DNA of 64,000 nucleotides from Octopus vulgaris (Eukaryota): NCBI GenBank assembly GCA_951406725.2, contig OX597841.1, positions 186,001 to 250,000 of the forward strand, read 5' to 3'. Shown piece by piece: positions 57,001 to 64,000 of this stretch (position 1 is its first letter; each line of letters starts with the position of its first letter). The notes under the pieces were generated by a model. It saw only the letters and a program-made list of their open reading frames with translations, ran no database searches and was not told where the DNA came from. The position numbers and the translations under genes were made by a program.

Positions 57001-57672
57001 TGCATATTTATGGTCAGATGTGACCTGGAACAATAACAAAAACAGTTCTGTCCCTGGAGAGAGAGAAAGAGAATTACAACTCAAAAGACCGATGTTGGAT
57101 GAAATAGTTTGGCATGGCTTCGTTTTGAGTAGACGAATGAAAACAAAATATTCGTTAGTTTCCGTGAGCACGTGTTGTCTTGCCAACTGCGTGTTTTTTC
57201 TGATTGACGTGTCGAAGAGGAAGAGGAAGCTAATGAGTGTATGATTGTGTGAGTTTGTTCTTGTGCGCGCGTGCTTGTTCACGTGTGTGTTTGTGTGTGT
57301 GTGTGTGCGTGTGTGTGTGTGTGTGTACTATAACCGTGATGGCTTTTCGACGTCAATCTCGTTTTCTTTTTGGAAATTTACAGATTTTACTTACACACAT
57401 GAAGCAGGTAAGAAAAAATACGCAAGGCTTTTATATCTACATTCCACACCCATAAATACATAAAAACAGAACAAGCACTCACACACACACAAAAAGAAGC
57501 ACGCACACGCACACACAGACGTAGGTCCATTAGCTTCCCCTTCCACTTCGTCAAGTCAGACAGAAGAAGCACGCAGTTGATAAGAGATCACGTGTTCACA
57601 GAAATTACCGAAGAAGCCTGCTTATAAATTGTCGACTCAATACGAAAGATCACCAATATTTTTCATGAATTC

Positions 57673-57678
57673 TTTATT
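57673..57678 (-). terminator. Candidate polyadenylation signal of gene C
   Basis: Conserved cctgttAATAAA about 100 nt after the stop codon. Confidence 0.5.
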
Positions 57679-57777
57679 AACAGGTATTACTTGACCTATG
57701 CGGATCACTAGTGGTGGTCAGCTGGATTGGATGGGCGTTAACAACAACAATAGTATCAATGGAAATCATGTGCTGGG

Positions 57778-57833
57778 TTAGTTCTGCTGCCTCAGGCGGA
57801 TGAATATGGCCATGGAGTCTGCTAATGCATAAC
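57778..57833 (-). CDS. Gene C exon 5 (coding part)
   Basis: cttgcAG|GT YALADSMAIFIRLRQQN-TAA. Confidence 0.84.
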
Positions 57834-60011
57834 CTGCAAGTAACAAATAACAACATCAACAACAAAAAGACATTCAAATATATCGTGGGAGGGCTTTAAA
57901 GGTGGTCACTCGAATTACTAGAAATTGCAGCCAAGTCTACACATAGTGTAATGGGAAATATCCAGGTGGGTCATGGTCAGAACACCTTTGATCATAAATC
58001 AGTTGGATCAGGCTGATTGGCTGCAATTACTACTCACATTGAGAATCGATTTATTTATTGGCCACGCAGGGGCTAGACACAGAAGGGACAAATATAAAGT
58101 AGTGCTTTTCTTTTGGGGAACAAGAGAAGGAGAAAAAAAAAGAGGGGTCGAATTCCTATCAAAAGGGATCGTGAAAAAAAAAAAGGAAAATGGGGCCGAT
58201 CAATAGGGATCGTGTATAGATAGATAGACAGATAGCTAGACAGGGAGATTGACAGACATATAGATAGGGAGAAAGAGAGAGAGAGAGGGGGAGACAGAGA
58301 CACAGAAAGACATAAAATGGAAGCATCACTTACCGTTGTTCCAGATGGTTCTCGATTTTGCATCAGAATAACGAATTGCAGGGAAGTGATTCATTTTATC
58401 ATATGCACAGTATACTCCAGCTTCGTTTAGGGCTAGCCAGCCACTCTCAACAAGACAGCCACCGTTGTGGTTCGTTATATAGAAGCGACGTACACCGCTA
58501 TAAAGTTGGAGAGAAATTCGTTTGGGTTTCAGAATGAGAAAATATAAACATTTATTAAATATACCATTATGTTCGATGTACACATTTGAACCAGTATTTA
58601 TTTAAAATAGCCATTTGTGTATCATATTGAAAGGATCTAAAAAGACTCCGCCGGTTACGAAGACGAGGGTCCCAGCTGATACGATCAACGGAACAGCTTG
58701 CTCGTGAAATTAACGTGCAAATGGCTGAGCATTCCACAGACACGTGTACCCTTAACGTAGTTCTCGGGGATAATCAGCGTGACACAGAGAGTGACAAGGC
58801 TGACCCTTTGAAATACAAGTACAACTCATTTTTGCCAGCTGAGTGGACTGGAGCAACGTGAAATAAAGTGTCTTGCTCAAGGACACAACGCGTCGCCGGG
58901 AATCGAACTCACAACCTTACGATCATGAGCCGAATGCCCTAACCACTAAGCCACGCGCCCTCACATTGAAAGGATGTACACACAGTCGATAGGCTAGTTG
59001 CTGTAGTATTTTCCCTGAGTGGACAATGAGAGAAAACAAATGCTATCTCAGGACAAATATTGCAGTAAATGGACTGTCGAGAGTGTATATACACGTCAGG
59101 TACGATACAAAGACATCTATACCAGTCTGTTAAAATCTGTAGTGACGGCTCCAACAGCCGTCAATCGATTTCTTTGATTAGGCAGAAAGTAAATTCACAA
59201 CGGGATCTATCTTACAACATAGGTGCGTGAACACACGTATACGCACGCACACACACGCACGAACGCATTCACGCAGACACACACACACTCACACAGTAAT
59301 ACACTCGTACAATTACGCAAAGAAATAATAAATTACACACGAAGTAGACTTCAGTTAAAATTTGTAAGAAAAAGCGCCACAAATATAACAACCATAACAT
59401 TTTCCCTTGTTAAACAAATTAGGAAACTAAGCGTGCAATGGATTCTGGTAATTAAGAGAAATAATATAATGGAATAAAGAATATTTAAAAACGAACACGC
59501 GCAAGTAAAACTAGTTATAGCATACATTTTAATGTGAATGTATATTTTCGTGTTTCCCCACTTTAAAACAGGCCACTTAATGTAGATACACTGTTGAAAA
59601 CGGAAAACTTCGTTATTCGTATCCAGAAAACAACTCATATAGAGGAACAGTGTTAAAAATTACAGAAATGCCCCAGTAATAGACAAATAGCATCTAGCAG
59701 CTGCGATGGAATTGCTAAATATGTATCTCTACTACTTTGAATGTCATCAGCAGTAAGTACCCACCAGCAACCGCATACCAAATCAAATTTAGTTTCTAAT
59801 GATACAGAGCAATTATAATTAAGAAATCAGCAGGGTTCACAAATCAGCCGACAGTTTGGATATATTATATTTCATTATTAGTGAGGGAACCAGATGTAGT
59901 TCAAATTTGTACTCTGTATAACATATTCAATGAAGATATTATAGTGAAAGCCTGGAAATGCTTTGGTCGCTTCAAGAAAATATCGTGAATAAATATATAG
60001 TGTTAAGAAAC

Positions 60012-60048
<37 letters not shown>

Positions 60049-60814
60049 TAGCGTGCGTAAAGTGCTTTTGGTATATTACGTCTCTACATAGCGAAACAGA
60101 AGATTATATTTAAAACATACAAAACTCCCTTCATTTGGAAATACTCTGGGTTGTCTGAAGATAGGTCATTCCATGGAGAACTTTTCAAGTTTGCATGAGA
60201 GAACCAGTTTTCAAGGTTTGAATTTCGTCCATCAAAAATCATAGTCACAACAGGTGTTTGGTTTTTATAAATCACCAGTTTCACCTGAAAAGTAAGAGTA
60301 AATAGATAACAGACAAACACACATAAATGGATCAAGTTAAATTGATCAAGCTAATTTAACGGCTGTTTTATTGGTCATTCTTACCCTAATTTCCACTCCA
60401 CATTTACTCCATCATTTCTTTGCATGTAAGGAAACAATAATAATAATTATGACAATATCTGTGTGTGTGTGTCTGTGCGTGTGTGTCTGTGCGTGTGTGT
60501 GTGTATACACATATTGGATCCAATGTTGAGCAATTAGAATGAGTGATCAACATTACGTGAAAGGTTTAAGTAACAGTTAAGGATATATATATATATATAT
60601 ATATATATACACCGGAGTGCACACATAAATGTGAAACAAGGTGGAAAAAAGAGTACTCAAATACCAGTGGTAGAGCAATATGCTTTATTTAAAGCAGCAG
60701 AAAATTCAACAAAACCTGTTACTCTGAGTTTCCCCGTTGCCGAACTGTCCGATGAACGGCAATGGGAAATTCAGAGTAACAGGTTTTGTTGAATTTTCTG
60801 CTGCTTTAAATAAA

Positions 60815-60868
<54 letters not shown>

Positions 60869-61195
60869 GCCACGCTTCTTTCAGTTTCCGTCTACCTTGC
60901 TGGAGGTGTTGCCAAACGACGAGAGATTTGGGGGTAAAACATATGGAAAATATGCGTATGCTTTAGGGCTGATGTTCTTGTAAAAAGGGAATGTTCGTAG
61001 TATTAATATACGTGCAGCCTTTTAGTGTATAGTGTACTCAAAAGTCACATAGGCAACTTAGTTCGTTAGTAAGTTCCTTCTCTTTTACCTTTTATGATTT
61101 GGTTATAACCTTTGGTAATTCTATTGGGACATTTATGTATGGGCGGCAGAATAAAAAATCTCTTTGCTTCAACATGTACATATGTTTGTATGTGC

Positions 61196-61255
<60 letters not shown>

Positions 61256-61982
61256 GTTTGTGTACGTATATGTATATCTATATATACATGTATATATATT
61301 ATTGAGCGAAAACACCTTAAAATGTTCCACGAGGCTGTACTCTTTCACCACTCTTTCTCCCACTCTCTTTTCTGTTAGCCTGCTCGCTTAGCCAGCGGGG
61401 TGGCGTCATTCAAAAGCTAAAATAATGCGAACGCATTGTGACCAGCGATGTGTAACAACATTTCATGGTCTGGTCGGCCACATGATCACGTGATGTATGT
61501 ATGTATAAACAAAACTATTGAAAAGGTTGCAAGACGCAACGAAATTTTAGAAAAATAATGAAATATGTTGAAATTTTTCCGGTGTGTGTTAAATTCTAAG
61601 GCATCAGAGGAGAATGACTCTCCCCAGACACAACAGTATATATAAACACTTTATAAATATAAGAGCAAAAATTAATTACCCTATCCTCTAAAATGTACAT
61701 GTGGGTATGTGTGCGTATGCATATGTGCATATATAGATAGATTAATACATATTGATATATAAATAGCATATATATATGTATATACACAGACACACAATTA
61801 TGGAGGTTTAGTTCACGTGTGAGCTAAACGATTAGGTACGCTAGATAAGTGCTGTAACGGATTACTAGGGCTCCGAGGTTGTAGCCGAGACGGTAGTTAT
61901 GGAGCCATTGTAAATTTCCGATATAGAGGATAGTCAAATGTATATGACTTGAGATGCTTTGACGTTTGTTGTAATCTTTAAC

Positions 61983-62030
<48 letters not shown>

Positions 62031-62082
62031 CATATGTAAACATACAAAAGAAATATTTCATAACCACTGGGCCATTGTGCTT

Positions 62083-62121
<39 letters not shown>

Positions 62122-63572
62122 ATATATAGAGGGCATTATTATACATACATGCCACACGCTAAGAGGGACATTAGTCATTTCTACCAAAAATTTATTAAGA
62201 GGTTATCCTTAATTGTTAGATAATTTTATATATATATATACATATATATTTTTTAATAATATATTAATAATATATTATTTCTCAAGGAGAGAAACAAGGA
62301 GAGAGAAAAAAGGAGAGAAAAGGAGAAAATAAAAAGGAGAGAAAAAAATGCGTGTAGGAGCTAACGATCTTTCAAGGCGTCCAATATATTAATAATATAT
62401 TATTATTACAAAGAGATAAGAGATAAAATTATATGTACTAGCAATATTTTTATATTAATTAGTGCTTGATATATCATTGTCTGCTAAACACAGCTTGTTG
62501 AATTAATCAACTAAAATTTATTCCCACCCAAAATGTGTAGCCCGGAGAGAACACACTGAAACGCTGAATTTAGTAGTTAGACATACAGCGGAAAATCACC
62601 CGACGACATGCCTTCTTAGTTCCATTAGAATTCTGTCTCTAAATTGGCAATAAGTTATAGTTTCCCCCAGGTATAACCGCCTGATACTTCTTCAGTTTCT
62701 GTAGAAATTTTCCACGTTGATTTTGATCTGTCACGCTTGTCTCCCTTGGGATATTCATCGGACGGTTTACCTGGTGTTATCAGAAAGAGGTTTTCACGAG
62801 ATGTGTTCTAGCTAATCTTATTTACTGCTCTTAATCTGGGTTCTGACAGTTTTCTGGCTTCGCTCTTCCTTCAAGGTTTGTTTGTAACTCAATCTTGCCA
62901 TATCACAAAAAGAATGACAAAATAATTCGAGAGCCACCGAGGTCCACATGCATGAATAAGACTTTTACCAGTCATGAATCCTAAGGAGATTTCATCGATT
63001 TTGTCGTTTATTCACTCGTCATTCCCAATAAGGAAAGTCTTTTGTCTATGAAAAGGACGGGTAGCATAGCACCGTAGGCTGCAAACAGCAAGCTTGCTAC
63101 GCATGCAAGATTCTAGGAGCTCCAGCAAAACCTATTATAAAAAGAATTAATAACAATGGTTTCAAATCTTTTCCACAAGGGCAACAATTTGGGGCAGGCC
63201 ATGAATCTCACCGCGGTTTGCCGCAGATAAAATTCTTCACAACACTGCTTCGCCTTCCCAATAAATAATTTTTACAGGTCAAAAATGTGACACACATAAC
63301 TGAATTAATCTAAATATTTGTTTATCATTATTACTGTTATTATGGAAATAATAATATGCATTTGTGTGCGCGTGTATGTGTATGCATACGTACCTCCTCA
63401 ATTGGAAGATAGTTCCAGAAATCAAGGATAGGATGCCGGAAGAAGTTGGGACAAAAGGCACCTCTGCATTCGTACACATTCCAGGTTGAAGGAAGTCCTA
63501 TATTCAGGAATGAATCATAGACTTTCGAACCAGCTCCCATTGATATGGCATATGTTTTAATCCATTGGCTAC
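57778..63572 (-). CDS. Gene C: third paralog, exons 2-5 (exon 1 beyond window end), convergent with gene B
   Basis: Exons 63572-63394, 60284-60121, 58497-58334, 57833-57778; GT-AG, same phases as A and B, open. Protein: SQWIKTYAISMGAGSKVYDSFLNIGLPSTWNVYECRGAFCPNFFRHPILDFWNYLPIEEVKLVIYKNQTPVVTMIFDGRNSNLENWFSHANLKSSPWNDLSSDNPEYFQMKGVFGVRRFYITNHNGGCLVESGWLALNEAGVYCAYDKMNHFPAIRYSDAKSRTIWNNGYALADSMAIFIRLRQQN. Confidence 0.87.
58049..58215 (-). mobile_element. Short 3' end fragment of the Tx1-like LINE
   Basis: Matches 29150-29350 (GCCAC..GGGCT..ACACAGA, CAAAAGGGATCGT, GATCAAT..GGATCGT); adjacent to (GATA)n. Confidence 0.65.
58334..58497 (-). CDS. Gene C exon 4
   Basis: 164 nt, ttatAG|C GGT GTA CGT CGC ... 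AAC AAC G|GTAAGT. Confidence 0.86.
58637..58964 (-). mobile_element. Full-length CORE-type SINE with 11-bp target-site duplication
   Basis: ATTGAAAGGAT at 58626-58636 and 58965-58975; tRNA-like head GGCGCGTGGCTTAGTGGTTAGGG..GAGTTCGATTCCC; site empty in genes A and B. Confidence 0.88.
60121..60284 (-). CDS. Gene C exon 3
   Basis: 164 nt, tttcAG|GTG AAA CTG ... GTT TT|GTATGT. Confidence 0.87.
60683..60815. repeat. ~60-bp-arm inverted repeat (hairpin) in intron 2 of gene C
   Basis: CTTTATTTAAAGCAGCAGAAAATTCAACAAAACCTGTTACTCTGA ... TCAGAGTAACAGGTTTTGTTGAATTTTCTGCTGCTTTAAATAAAG. Confidence 0.92.
60745..60782 (+). ncRNA. Decayed minimal hammerhead motif inside an inverted repeat
   Basis: CUGU-CCGAUGA-acggcaaugg-GAAA-uUCaGAG-UA-ACAG; same family as 50602. 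Confidence 0.45.
63394..63572 (-). CDS. Gene C exon 2
   Basis: 179 nt, tttcAG acceptor, GTACGT donor, homologous to A/B exon 2. Confidence 0.87.
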
Positions 63573-63602
63573 CTGAAATAATAATAATAATACCAACAAC
63601 AA

Positions 63603-63677
<75 letters not shown>

Positions 63678-64000
63678 TAGTAGTAGCAGTAGTAGTAGCA
63701 GTAGCAGCAGCAGCAGCAGAAGCAGCAGTAATAATCATGGCAATATTGGCTTCAAAACTCGATGCCAGTAACATAGTTTCGGCAAAGAACTTTCGCGCCA
63801 TTTCAGAGTTGGGTATGGCGTTGGCATCCTGAACTGAAGAGAGGAGGAGGTATAGGAGATGGACAGGAAAACGAGAAAGCTTCTAAAGATGCATGGAGCC
63901 CATCATCCACGTACAGACACTGTTTGTCTGTATGCGAGGAGAGCGAATTGAAACCTTGCTAGTGTCGGGAATGATGGAGTATTGAATGCAGAGGAAAAAA

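Overview
AT-rich, microsatellite- and transposon-dense eukaryotic DNA; the SINE, Dong/R4, Tx1 and Penelope content suggests an octopus/coleoid genome (inference). The ORF track is mostly noise. Reading across GT-AG splice sites reveals three paralogous multi-exon genes for a ~295-aa secreted protein: signal peptide, a reduced PAN/apple-like module, and a Trp/Cys-containing C-terminal domain I cannot name. Gene A (+, 5915-20357) has one in-frame TGA. Gene B (+, 31554-48437) is intact. Gene C (-, exons 2-5 at 63572-57778) has exon 1 beyond the window end. A and B come from a recent ~25-28 kb tandem duplication with highly similar introns, yet by hand count their exons differ at about 80 amino-acid-changing codons versus about 10 silent-only codons, clustered in loops. 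This is the signature of a diversifying recognition or toxin-like family. The introns also appear to hold decayed extra copies of exons 3 and 4. The rest is mobile DNA: a stack of (TAA)n-targeting Dong/R4 retrotransposons, Tx1-like LINEs (one carrying a ~4.6-kb 35-bp satellite), a Penelope element, about eight minimal hammerhead ribozyme motifs, Helitron and Tc1/mariner relics, SINEs and long palindromes.
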